In this document: positions 19,340-28,217 of the stretch, piece after piece
Position numbering within the stretch: position 1 is the stretch's first letter
How the letters are laid out: every line of letters starts with the position of its first letter
Source: Candidatus Bathyarchaeota archaeon
GTDB lineage: Archaea; Thermoproteota; Bathyarchaeia; Bathyarchaeales; Bathycorpusculaceae
Reading direction: 5' to 3'
NCBI GenBank assembly: GCA_963715865.1
Contig: OY970280.1
Span: 960,001-1,024,000 of the forward strand
Length of the DNA: 64,000 nucleotides
Notes under the pieces: model-generated
Told to the model about the DNA's origin: nothing
The model's database searches: none
The model's input: the letters and a program-made list of their open reading frames with translations, nothing else
Program-made: the position numbers and the translations under genes

Positions 19340-19969
19340 ATGGCGTTTATCACTAACTTTGGCATGTTCTTGGCTTCAGTGCTTCTTATTTCGCTCTCAG
19401 GCGTACTTATGCCAGGACCTTTGTTTGCGGTTACGATTCAAAAAGCGGCAAAAAGCAAAATTTCAGGCGCCTTAATCGCGGTTGGTCATGGCATAGTAGA
19501 ATTTCCACTCATGTTTCTGATTTTCTTTTTGTTAAGCCAGTTTGCGATGCCGAGCTCTGTACAGATTGCTGTTGGGTTGATTGGAGGTTTCTTGATGATT
19601 CTGATGGGCGTACGAACATTCAGAAATAGGAATAAAACTGACGAATCAAAGGTAAATTTGAAAAGAGACTCATTGCTTGCAGGTGTTTACACCACAGCAG
19701 TTAATGCAGGGTTTATTTTGTGGTGGTTAACCATTGGCACAACACTGATACTCAACGCTCAACTGTTTGGACTTGTTGGCTTTTCAGTCTTTGCGAGTGT
19801 CCATTGGCTCTGCGATTTCTCATGGTACACGGTGGCCGCATTGGTGATTTTTAAGTCGCAGCAGTTCTGGAATGAGCGCACAAAAATGGGAATTATGTTT
19901 TTTTGCGTGGCAGTTTTCATCGGTTTCGGAGCATACTTTATGGGTTCAGCCTTATGGTCAATGATTTAG
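19340..19969 (+). CDS. LysE family transporter
   Basis: SGVLMPGP, GHGIVE, N.GFILWW motifs; about 6 TM segments. Confidence 0.9.
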   Translation: MAFITNFGMFLASVLLISLSGVLMPGPLFAVTIQKAAKSKISGALIAVGHGIVEFPLMFLIFFLLSQFAMPSSVQIAVGLIGGFLMILMGVRTFRNRNKTDESKVNLKRDSLLAGVYTTAVNAGFILWWLTIGTTLILNAQLFGLVGFSVFASVHWLCDFSWYTVAALVIFKSQQFWNERTKMGIMFFCVAVFIGFGAYFMGSALWSMI

Positions 19970-20005
19970 TACAGTTATATAGCAACAAAGAGTAAAATAG
20001 TATTC

Positions 20006-20560
20006 ATGGAATTTCAAGTTGGAAAAGCAATCCTGCAGCTAATTAAGGGAGACATAACAGATGTCGAAACAGACGTCATTGTGAACGCGGCAAATTCATC
20101 GCTTATGGGCGGCGGCGGAGTTGATGGTGCAATACATCGTAAAGGCGGGTCCAAAATTCTTGAAGAATGCAAACGCATAAGGGCTACAGAGTGGCCTGAT
20201 GGTCTTCCAACAGGAAAAGCGGTCATTACCTCAGGCGGCAACTTAAAGGCTAAACATGTTATTCACACGATTGGGCCTGTTTGGCTCGGCGGATTTCATG
20301 TTGAAGCGGAACTTTTGAAACAGGCGTACAAAAATTCGTTGAGGCTTGCAGTTGCTAAAGGACTTAAGACAATTGCGTTTCCATCGATTAGCACTGGAGC
20401 TTACGGTTACCCTATTGAAGATGCCAGCCGCATAGCCGTGAGAACTGTTAAAGAGTTTTTGGAAAAAGAAGATAAGCTTGAGAAGATTGTTTTTGTTTTG
20501 TTTTCTGAGCGCGACTTCGAAATTTATTTAGAAACGGCAAATTCGATTTTAGCTCGCTAA
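20006..20560 (+). CDS. Macrodomain O-acetyl-ADP-ribose deacetylase (YmdB-like)
   Basis: GDIT, IVNAANSSLMGGGGVDGAIH, IAFPSISTGAYGYP. Confidence 0.95.
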   Translation: MEFQVGKAILQLIKGDITDVETDVIVNAANSSLMGGGGVDGAIHRKGGSKILEECKRIRATEWPDGLPTGKAVITSGGNLKAKHVIHTIGPVWLGGFHVEAELLKQAYKNSLRLAVAKGLKTIAFPSISTGAYGYPIEDASRIAVRTVKEFLEKEDKLEKIVFVLFSERDFEIYLETANSILAR

Positions 20561-20829
20561 AAGAGAGGAACTATATGGGCTTATTATCGAAGATTTACAC
20601 TAAATAAAAGTGAGTATAAAGCTTTGCCAAGCAATAGTGGAATTGAATTACTGTCTAAGCGTTACTTCTTTCAACTTCCAAAATTTTTGCTTTTAAGAAA
20701 GGATATTTCTTTTTTAGATATATCGATTTTCGGAATATATCCAAAAGTGAAATAAGTGATATATTAATAGTCACGACATAACTGTAGTCAAGAAGAACAC
20801 AACAACAATAAGGAAATTGGGATGAAAAA

Positions 20830-21207
20830 ATGAAGCAACAATTAACCGCCTTATGTAGTCCATGTTTACTTTTAGCCAATGAACCGCTCGAAACCAAATT
20901 TGAAACAGCGGTAACAGAGGCAATTGATGATAGTCTCTCGGCTTTGGGAGCTGCCAACAAGCAAACCATTTACCGCCATCTAGAAAATAGGTATGGCATA
21001 AAGAAACAGGAGATTCCCTTTAAAATTGCAGACTTTGCCAATGCGGTTGAAGAGACCTTTGGTTCAGTTGCAAAAGTGATTGAAGTAAAAATAATCGAAA
21101 AGCTTCACGCAAAAAACAAAGACTTCCATTACGTTACAAAAAAAGATGAATTAAATTTTACCGAGTTCATTTCCTGCTTCCAACGCTTTTTAGAGCCTAA
21201 AGCCTGA
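20830..21207 (+). CDS. Small archaeal helical domain protein (DUF3227/NitrOD5-like)
   Basis: EAIDDSLSALG...IYRHLE..YGIKK.EIP.KI.DF..A.EE.FG..AK.IE pattern. Confidence 0.5.
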   Translation: MKQQLTALCSPCLLLANEPLETKFETAVTEAIDDSLSALGAANKQTIYRHLENRYGIKKQEIPFKIADFANAVEETFGSVAKVIEVKIIEKLHAKNKDFHYVTKKDELNFTEFISCFQRFLEPKA

Positions 21208-21571
21208 AAACGCTTTTTTGGCAAAAATGCTTACTGCCAAAAGGCTTAAATTACCAAGTCATGGTTGACTTAATGCTTCTCAGATTTTTATCCGATTAAG
21301 CGCAATGTCTCGCGTTAATCTCGAAACAGGCTATTAAACCCGAGTTACTGTCTAGCCACAACAACAAATCAATATAAAATCCGCAACACTATGCATAAAC
21401 ATGTAGCTGGAAGAAGCTGGGGCTTGGCGAAACCGGCTTTTTTCCCCACAGAAAGCATAACGAGAGCAAACCGCGCCCATTCGCGATTATATTTTTCGCC
21501 ATACTGGAAGAAGAAAATGAATGGTGCTTAACTTGTGCTTTCTAAGAAGCCGAGCCCAAAAAACCGAGTTT

Positions 21572-22117
21572 TTATCCGTTTGTGGTTTTTAATTGAATGA
21601 TTGAGTACACATCGTATTTATTGCCTATCGTTTTTCTGCTTTCCAAATAACCCAACTCAATTAAAAAGCCTAAGCCAACCACGTTGCCGCCTAACTTCTC
21701 AATTAATTCGATATTCGCTTTCACAGTTCCGCCAGTTGCCAGCAAATCGTCAATTAGCAAAATGTTTTGGCCCTTCTCGATAGCGTCTTCATGAATCTCG
21801 ATGGTGTCGCATTCGTACTCTTTCTTGTATGTAACGTCAACGCATTTGTAAGGTAACTTGCCTTTTTTACGTATAGGTACAAAGCCGACTCCTAATTCGT
21901 AAGCTAAAGCAGCACCAATGATGAAGCCTCTTGCTTCGTTTGAAACAACTGCATCGATTGTTTTGCCTCTGTAATGGTCGGCTAATTGTTTGATGCATTC
22001 GTGGAAGCATCGTTTGTCTTTCAAAAGTGGGGTGATATCCCAGAAAACTACTCCTTTGAACTCGGGTATTCTTCGAACTTTTGATTTAAGGTCTAATGTT
22101 TTGTTGGGTTTGTTCAT
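21572..22117 (-). CDS. apt: Adenine phosphoribosyltransferase
   Basis: IPEFKGVVFWDITPLL, EARGFI, LLIDDLLATGGT. Confidence 0.95.
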   Translation of the reverse strand: MNKPNKTLDLKSKVRRIPEFKGVVFWDITPLLKDKRCFHECIKQLADHYRGKTIDAVVSNEARGFIIGAALAYELGVGFVPIRKKGKLPYKCVDVTYKKEYECDTIEIHEDAIEKGQNILLIDDLLATGGTVKANIELIEKLGGNVVGLGFLIELGYLESRKTIGNKYDVYSIIQLKTTNG

Positions 22118-22134
22118 TTTTCCGTTTTCTCCTT

Positions 22135-22926
22135 TTAAACAAATGCTCCTTTCAATGCTTCGTTACATTTGCAAGCGCATTCATTCGGCAATTTGGCAAC
22201 GGTTTCAGCGATTATGCGCTTAACATTTTCAATGTTTGTCTTCATTGTTGTAATGATATCATCTACACAGACTACATGATCCTTCCATACGTCGTAATCG
22301 GTTACGGTTGATATGGAAGCATAGCATATTTCTGCTTCTCTCGCTAAAACGCATTCAGGAACCAGCGTCATACCTACCACGTCTGCGCCCCATTGGCGGT
22401 ACATTTTTGATTCAGCTTTGCTGGAGAAGCGTGGTCCTTCTATGCAAACGTAAGTTCCTGTTTCGTGCATTTTGATGCCCCTGTTTTTTGCGACTGAGAT
22501 TATAATTTTTCTTAGTTCGGGGCACATTGGTTCAGCGACTGAAATGTGGCACACCTTGTTTTCTGTGTAGAATGACTGTTCTCGCCGTGTGGTTCGGTCG
22601 ATGAACTGGTCAACAAATACGATTTCGCCTGGATGATACTCTTCTCTTAGAGAGCCAACGGTTGAAGATGCAAGTATACGTTTGACGCCGAGCTTCTTTA
22701 AAGCAAAAATATTGGCCCTGACATTAATGTCCGTTGGTCTGATAGTGTGTTTTTTCCCGTGCCTAGGCAGAAAAGCCACGCATTTACCTGCTAACTCACC
22801 AATGGTTATGGCGTCTGAAGGCTTACCGTATGGTGTTTCCACCGTTACTTCTTGAACGTTCTTGAGTAGTTTAGGGTCGTAGAGCCCTGTTCCGCCGATT
22901 ATTCCAATTTCTGCTTGCATGTTCAT
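22135..22926 (-). CDS. mtnP: S-methyl-5'-thioadenosine phosphorylase
   Basis: IGIIGGTG, FLPRHG, IEGPRFS..AES, VGMT..PE..LARE, VTDYD. Confidence 0.95.
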   Translation of the reverse strand: MNMQAEIGIIGGTGLYDPKLLKNVQEVTVETPYGKPSDAITIGELAGKCVAFLPRHGKKHTIRPTDINVRANIFALKKLGVKRILASSTVGSLREEYHPGEIVFVDQFIDRTTRREQSFYTENKVCHISVAEPMCPELRKIIISVAKNRGIKMHETGTYVCIEGPRFSSKAESKMYRQWGADVVGMTLVPECVLAREAEICYASISTVTDYDVWKDHVVCVDDIITTMKTNIENVKRIIAETVAKLPNECACKCNEALKGAFV

Positions 22927-23025
22927 TTACTTCAAATGTTGAACTTATAAAAATAGCGATTACTACCTTCCGACTTTTTAGATTAAATTGTTCGAGTCTC
23001 ATTTATTATAAGTATCGTTAAGAGG

Positions 23026-23143
23026 TAGGGACATTTGTTCGTTCGGGTAAATGCTTTGTTCAACAATACAAAGTAAGCCTATGGACGTTTGTCCGTCCCT
23101 CGAAAAGTTTTGTCCAGACAATCCCTAGGGCAAAAGGAGCTTT
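23026..23143 (+). repeat. Two tandem degenerate copies of the ~70-bp dispersed repeat (A1 23026-23067, A2 23077-23143)
   Basis: TAGGGACATTTGTTCGTTCGGGTAAATGCTTTGTTCAACAAT and GCCTATGGACGTTTGTCCGTCCCTCGAAAAGTTTTGTCCAGACAATCC align to 62182-62252. Confidence 0.85.
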
Positions 23144-23390
23144 TACCGTTGGAAATCTGAATTTGATGAGTGTGAAGCTCAAGTTGTACAGCCTAGAACT
23201 TACGGTTTCTGAAAAGGAGAAAAATCATGCTTCATCAACAACATCAACAACAAGCATCAACAGTAAAATTGAAGAAACCACAACCTCCAAGCTGTTAAAG
23301 GAAAGAACCAATAACTCCAAAACAAAACACCTCAGCTTAATACACACAGAAATTAGTATGTTTGGTTCTTGGCTTTTTGCCTATGCGTTT

Positions 23391-23506
23391 GTGTGTGCGC
23401 ACAGCCTATCCTCCTAGTCTACTGGATGCTTCTAATATGCTTCAACATGGTTCAACATAGACTCAACGTCCTGCACTTTCAACATGAATTGATGCTTTTT
23501 CAACAT
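23391..23506 (+). repeat. Non-coding block with phased TTCAACAT boxes, homologous to 62457-62584
   Basis: TTCAACAT at 23441, 23451, 23478 and 23499; flanks GTGTGTGCGC..ACAGCCTA..GTCTACT and GCACTTTCAACATGAA are shared. Confidence 0.9.
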
Positions 23507-23676
23507 ACTGAGAAATGCAGAATGCACTGTTTACGCCTAATAAACCATCGCAGAAACGACATATCCAATCAGTGGAGGGATGAGTGAAAGTGAACTATTG
23601 CCAGAATTCTGGTTTAGTTGGTTTCGGTTGCATAAACTATTTTTATAACTTAGGTGGAATACTTTGTGAGGTTACT

Positions 23677-23931
23677 ATGACTGAAAATATTACTTTTTCA
23701 GCAATACTCTGGAAAGAAGGAAAACTGCAGATCGCTTGGTCCCCTGAACTGGATATAGCCAGTCAAGGGAAAAATGTAGAGGAAGCTATAGGTAATTTGC
23801 GGGAAGCAATCGAGCTTTACCTTGAAGATGAAGATGCCAAGATTCCAACCAGTAAATCGCCTATTCTCACAACTTTAAGCGTTAAAACTCACGCCAAAGC
23901 TCAAACCTGTCTCAGACCTTATGATTCATAA
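23677..23931 (+). CDS. hicB: HicB family antitoxin (probable start 23677; C-terminal read-through)
   Basis: AWSPELDIASQGKNVEEAIGNLREAIELYLE. Confidence 0.85.
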   Translation: MTENITFSAILWKEGKLQIAWSPELDIASQGKNVEEAIGNLREAIELYLEDEDAKIPTSKSPILTTLSVKTHAKAQTCLRPYDS

Positions 23932-23938
23932 TTTCTAA
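23891..23938 (+). pseudogene. HicA toxin N-terminal relic
   Basis: ACG-CCA-AAG-CTC-AAA-CCT-GTC-TCA (xPKLKPVS) at the position where hicA normally overlaps the hicB stop; ends after 15 codons. Confidence 0.5.
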
Positions 23939-24101
23939 CGCCTGTCAAGAAAGCAGATTTAATTTTGGCGGTTCTCAAGGATTGTACGCTTGTTTGTGCG
24001 AGCACACTCTTAAAAGTTCAATCGTTTTTTGCTCGTAAATTGGTCGGTATATTATTCTACAGGCTTTGCCTTCCACAAATCTGTTGCCTGCTTAGCCCTT
24101 T

Positions 24102-24413
24102 TTAGCTTTTTGCTCTTTTCCTTTCAGTATGCAACGCATTGAGAAGGTCAGACGCATTGTCATAAACTTTTGTAGTCTGCGTGGCGAATTCTTTTTCGCT
24201 TTCTTCGATTTCCATTTTTTCAGATGCTGATAAAGGCGGACTCTTGACCCTAGATTTTTTTGGAAGAATTTGTTTCAAAACCAAAACTTCGTTGTCCTGT
24301 TTCAGTTCAAACTCGGTGCCGTTTTTCAATCCAAGTTTCTTTATCGTTTCTAACGGAATCTGAACCTTGCCATTTTCATCCATTTTAGCCTTTGCCATCA
24401 GCTTCACAGACAA
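24102..24413 (-). CDS. AbrB/MazE/SpoVT-family DNA-binding antitoxin-like protein
   Basis: MDENGKVQIPLETIKKLGLKNGTEFEL; acidic antitoxin-like C-tail. Confidence 0.8.
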   Translation of the reverse strand: MSVKLMAKAKMDENGKVQIPLETIKKLGLKNGTEFELKQDNEVLVLKQILPKKSRVKSPPLSASEKMEIEESEKEFATQTTKVYDNASDLLNALHTERKRAKS

Positions 24414-24822
24414 AATACATACTCCTCTTAGTAAAATAAACCTTTTCTGAAAAAAGTGAACAGTCTAATCTTAATCGGTAAGGCTCTTCCTAATTTGGTG
24501 CAGAACTCCTTAAGGGTTGACTGAAAGTTGAAAAAATTGTAATACTTTTATAAATTGACGAAAAACATCAGTTTGCGATTGTTTGTTTAAGTAGAAAACA
24601 AGAGCAGAGGCACACAAGAGATTGAGTGGAACAAATACGCTGTCTCAGAAGAAACAACATCTGTTCATCCCTCTTGTGCCAAATAAAATAGCAAAGTTGC
24701 TTCATATAAATTGCTTGCTATGAAGCGAAAAAGTCATTCTCATATTTTTGGGATTAAATTTTAATCCCCAAACCCCAAACGACGAAAAATATTTTTTCCT
24801 GATTTTTCTAAATTTCACCGCG

Positions 24823-24978
24823 AAGCTTAACAGCTATTTTGAAACAGTGGTTGAGATTCCTCGGATAAAAGTTGGGCAAAGACAGACAATTGAGACCTTA
24901 ATCAACGAAGAAGTCTTGTTGTTTGCCAAGTATTTGAGGAATGAAAAGAAAGACTGGACACCAAGAATAGTCAATTGA
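24823..24978 (+). pseudogene. 3'-terminal relic of a solo Cas1-like endonuclease gene (relic 1)
   Basis: KLNSYFETVVEIPRIKVGQRQTIETLINEEVLLFAKYLRNEKKDWTPRIVN*. Recalled as the C-terminus of bathyarchaeal solo Cas1 proteins; homologous to 27981-28173. Confidence 0.55.
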
Positions 24979-25055
24979 GCACAATGCGATAAGTCGAGTT
25001 AGTCAAGAAACCTTGACTTAGATTAGTCAAGAGACTTTTACGAGAAGTCTTTTAT

Positions 25056-25970
25056 TTGCCGACATTCCTAAGATTAAGCATGGGTAGCATCAGCAAGTAT
25101 TTCTCGTTACTTCTTGTTGTTATCTTAGCAGTCTCAAGCCTAATAATAGTTGAATCTGCATTTGCTCAGTCAATACCTAAACCCTCTACCCCAGAATTCA
25201 GTTTAAAGTACGTAGACCTCTCCTATAATGTACCACCAACTTATGGAATAGACCAATACACAGGAAAAACCATCATCACCCAAGACGGCTATCACGTGGA
25301 CAACCGATCATTACAATTCACCATAAAGAACCAACCCTTCACCTCATACACAGACCCAAGCGGCAACCAAACCAGCCTATACTACAACTTCAGAATAAAA
25401 GGAGCATACGGAACCGAATGGAATTACTACCCCTTTGCACCCAACGGAGTAACCACAAGCCGATATGGCGGAATCTTCTGGGGCAACAACACCGAATCTC
25501 CAGCAGACCTAGCCCAATCCAACACAGGATACACCACCATAACAATCCAAATTCCAGGCCTTTACAATGTGCCACCGGATGCACAGCTACAAGTCCAAGC
25601 ACAAGCCCTGATAGGATACATGGTACCATCAGACTACATGATGGCAGGACACGTCTACGTTTTCACAGGCCAGTACAGCGACTGGAGTAACACACAAACC
25701 ATAACAATTAGTTCAAGTGCTCCAACAGCAACACCTAACACATCAGCTTCTTCAACGCCAACCTCAAACTCATCAACCTCACCCACACAGAACCCAACAG
25801 CAACACCTAACCAGTTTGGTTCTCAGAATAAATCTTTATTTACTTTTGACTCAGAGCAAATTGTCATAGTAGTCTTTGTCGTTGTTGCTGTTCTGGTGCT
25901 TGTTGTGGCTGTGTTTATGCGTAGAAGAAGCGTGAAACCTGCAGTTCAATCAAACAATGAATCTCAATAA
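25056..25970 (+). CDS. Secreted/cell-surface protein with Thr/Pro linker and C-terminal TM anchor
   Basis: Signal peptide ending in AFA, IPKPSTPEF start, S/T/P-rich stalk, hydrophobic anchor followed by RRR. Confidence 0.8.
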   Translation: MPTFLRLSMGSISKYFSLLLVVILAVSSLIIVESAFAQSIPKPSTPEFSLKYVDLSYNVPPTYGIDQYTGKTIITQDGYHVDNRSLQFTIKNQPFTSYTDPSGNQTSLYYNFRIKGAYGTEWNYYPFAPNGVTTSRYGGIFWGNNTESPADLAQSNTGYTTITIQIPGLYNVPPDAQLQVQAQALIGYMVPSDYMMAGHVYVFTGQYSDWSNTQTITISSSAPTATPNTSASSTPTSNSSTSPTQNPTATPNQFGSQNKSLFTFDSEQIVIVVFVVVAVLVLVVAVFMRRRSVKPAVQSNNESQ

Positions 25971-25990
25971 CTTGTGAACTTGAATTTGGC

Positions 25991-26081
25991 ATGTTGTGTG
26001 TGTTTTTTGTAGAGAGAGTTAGTAGGGTAGTAGGAGTTAGTTAGGGAGAGAATTAGTGTGTGTGGGATTAAATTTTAATTT
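25991..26081 (+). other. 91-nt cytosine-free G/T/A tract with GTTAG/GTAG repeats
   Basis: No C on the + strand between 25991 and 26081. Confidence 0.85.
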
Positions 26082-26340
26082 CGCCGTTTAAATTGCGGCT
26101 TTCGGATTGTTAGTTCAAACTCTAATTTAGATATAATTACGCACTTCCTTAAAAAGAATATTTCAAAAGGATACTGTTAAGTAAGAATACTGTCAGTATT
26201 GATATTAATTAGACCATGGAAAAGAACATGAACCCTTGACTGTACTCGTTAATAGCCCTAACCGTTTAATGTATTTTGCAGAAATAGAAATTTTCCTTGC
26301 TTTCAAAAGTCAAAAATTTTGGCTTGTGTTATGAAAAGGT

Positions 26341-27315
26341 TCACGTATTTAAATCAGAAGTCTTTCGATGCCTTCTATAAAATGAAAGAGAGACTATTAC
26401 AGCTACCAAAACTACAACGATGACAATAACAGCAATCGCTATAATGGGAATTCCAATAGCAGGTTCATTAGGAGTTACTGTAGGTGTTGGAATTGGTTCG
26501 GTAATATTGACTTGGTGAATGAGGGGATAGTTATCGGTATTGCTGGCGTTTATTACGTATGGCATGTTACCTATCCCAGAGTCATCTATTTCAGTTGCGT
26601 TAGAATATTTTGAATTGTAGTCACTCCAGTAGTTGCCTACCTTGCCGTTATCCCAATTGTTAACTAAACCAGAATCAACTTCTGCTCCGTGGTCATTATC
26701 AATAAAGTTGTTGTAGTAAATGACGTTGTTTGAAGAGTTGTATAGAATAATCCCAGCACTGTAATAGCCCCACGAATTTGAAATATCTGTCAAATTATTT
26801 CCTATAATTTGGTTGTAGTAGCTTTTTAATAGCAATATGCCAAACATATCGTTCTTAATAGCATTACCAGTAATCGTAGTCAAGTTAGTATTGATAATGG
26901 AGATTCCGCCTATCATCCCAAAAGGTGTAACTCCACCAGTTATTGTATTATTTACAATAATAACATTCGATGAATCTTCTATAGCAATAACAACCGACTC
27001 TGTATTTGAAATTGATATGTTTTTTACGGTTACATTTGTAACGGAATTGATTTGAATTAAACCACTATTGAGATTATGACCACTGCCGTCAAGTATTATG
27101 TTGCTTTTTTGTACAGTAAATACTGTTGTGTCCGTGTCACTTGTGAAGGTATAGATGTTTCCTGTTTGTTTAATTAGCGTTGTTGAGGGATTTATGCTGC
27201 CGTCAGCATTTATTGTAAAAAAGCTTTGAGTTTGAGCCTTAATGGGCGAAATGCAAACTGCACTTGTAGCTATAAGGAAAATGAGAATTAGAGCAAAATC
27301 CAATCTTTTCTTCAT
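26341..27315 (-). CDS. NosD/CASH right-handed beta-helix surface protein with C-terminal anchor
   Basis: Signal peptide, INADGSI.P, Asn-rich repeats, NNWDNG.VGNYWSDY, DNYPL, TM anchor followed by RRHRK. Confidence 0.85.
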   Translation of the reverse strand: MKKRLDFALILIFLIATSAVCISPIKAQTQSFFTINADGSINPSTTLIKQTGNIYTFTSDTDTTVFTVQKSNIILDGSGHNLNSGLIQINSVTNVTVKNISISNTESVVIAIEDSSNVIIVNNTITGGVTPFGMIGGISIINTNLTTITGNAIKNDMFGILLLKSYYNQIIGNNLTDISNSWGYYSAGIILYNSSNNVIYYNNFIDNDHGAEVDSGLVNNWDNGKVGNYWSDYNSKYSNATEIDDSGIGNMPYVINASNTDNYPLIHQVNITEPIPTPTVTPNEPAIGIPIIAIAVIVIVVVLVAVIVSLSFYRRHRKTSDLNT

Positions 27316-27374
27316 TCGTTTTCCACTTTGCTAATAGGTGATTAAAGCGATAAAAGGCTTAGGTTATTTCTATG

Positions 27375-27820
27375 CTATGCAGATTTAAGACTTGTTACAT
27401 CGCTTGTTAATGGGCTTTCATAATCAAGCTCTATCCCATTCTGCTCTATGTACTCTAAAAGCTCACGTATGCCTAATTTATTCATGCAGTAATTATAAAG
27501 TTCTGGATGGTAGTGCTTCATAATCCTAAACCGACATGTCTTTTCTTCAGCTATTCCAAAAAGGCAAAACATGCAACCTGTCCGAGTTAATCCATTATCG
27601 TAAACTTTAGAGTAATCTAAGTTTTTCAAGTGTATGTAATCCCATACATCTTTTTCAAGCCAAAAGCCTAAAGGTGTCGATTTAGGTGTTCCATGACTGA
27701 GCGAATTACAACCGTTTTTTAAGTATAATCTTCGCCTACTTCCTGAATCAACAGCCATTTCACCAGTAATTGGGAATAATCCGCTTTTTTTGGTGAACTG
27801 CCTTGCTGTTTTCTTCTTTA
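27375..27820 (-). pseudogene. C-terminal fragment of a PAPS-reductase-family protein (MGE type)
   Basis: LKKK.ARQF...PITGEMA.DS..R...YLKNGCN...STPLGFW.E.DVWDYI...Y..G..RTGCMFC; an in-frame stop precedes it and the SGGKDS N-terminus is absent. Confidence 0.75.
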
Positions 27821-27904
27821 ATTATGGTTTCTGAATTTGAACTAAGTTACGAAAAGCCGCAACCTATCTGGCTAATTTTTAATCTTTTTCTCTCTCCTTC
27901 CAAC

Positions 27905-27965
27905 TAAACATTAACACGCCTAACACTCACTACGCTAACACGCACGGCTCTAACACTTCTTAACC
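27905..27965 (-). repeat. Short tandem GTGTTAG-like repeats just downstream of Cas1 relic 2
   Basis: TAACAC occurs four times on the + strand in a G-poor tract. Confidence 0.7.
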
Positions 27966-27980
27966 AAACACATAGATGGG

Positions 27981-28173
27981 TTAGACTGTTGGGATTCTTG
28001 GATTCCAGTCTTTTCCGTTCACTTCTCAGATATTTAGCGAATAAGAGAGCCTCTTCACTAATCAGAGTATCAATAGTTTGTTTGTTACCGTGTTTTATTC
28101 TTGGAATTTCAACCATTTTATCAAACAGATTATTCAATCCATCGGCTAAATCAGTAGTCTTATACTCACACAA
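27981..28173 (-). pseudogene. 3'-terminal relic of a solo Cas1-like gene (relic 2, frameshifted near the end)
   Basis: LCEYKTTDLADGLNNLFDKMVEIPRIKHGNKQTIDTLISEEALLFAKYLRSE, then a shifted frame KDWNPRIPTV*. Confidence 0.55.
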
Positions 28174-28217
28174 ATGAGCCAGTAAAAATGTGGCTAAGTA
28201 TCATGTAAAAAAGATGA

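Noticed and set aside
23163-23587. ORFs 23163-23417 and 23369-23587
   Set aside because: They run through the non-coding repeat block; the homologous block at 62.4-62.6 kb does not preserve these frames.
23026-28217. Terminal inverted repeats and TSD defining a complete casposon
   Set aside because: The 70-bp unit has no inverted copy near either Cas1 relic, and there is no PolB or full-length Cas1.
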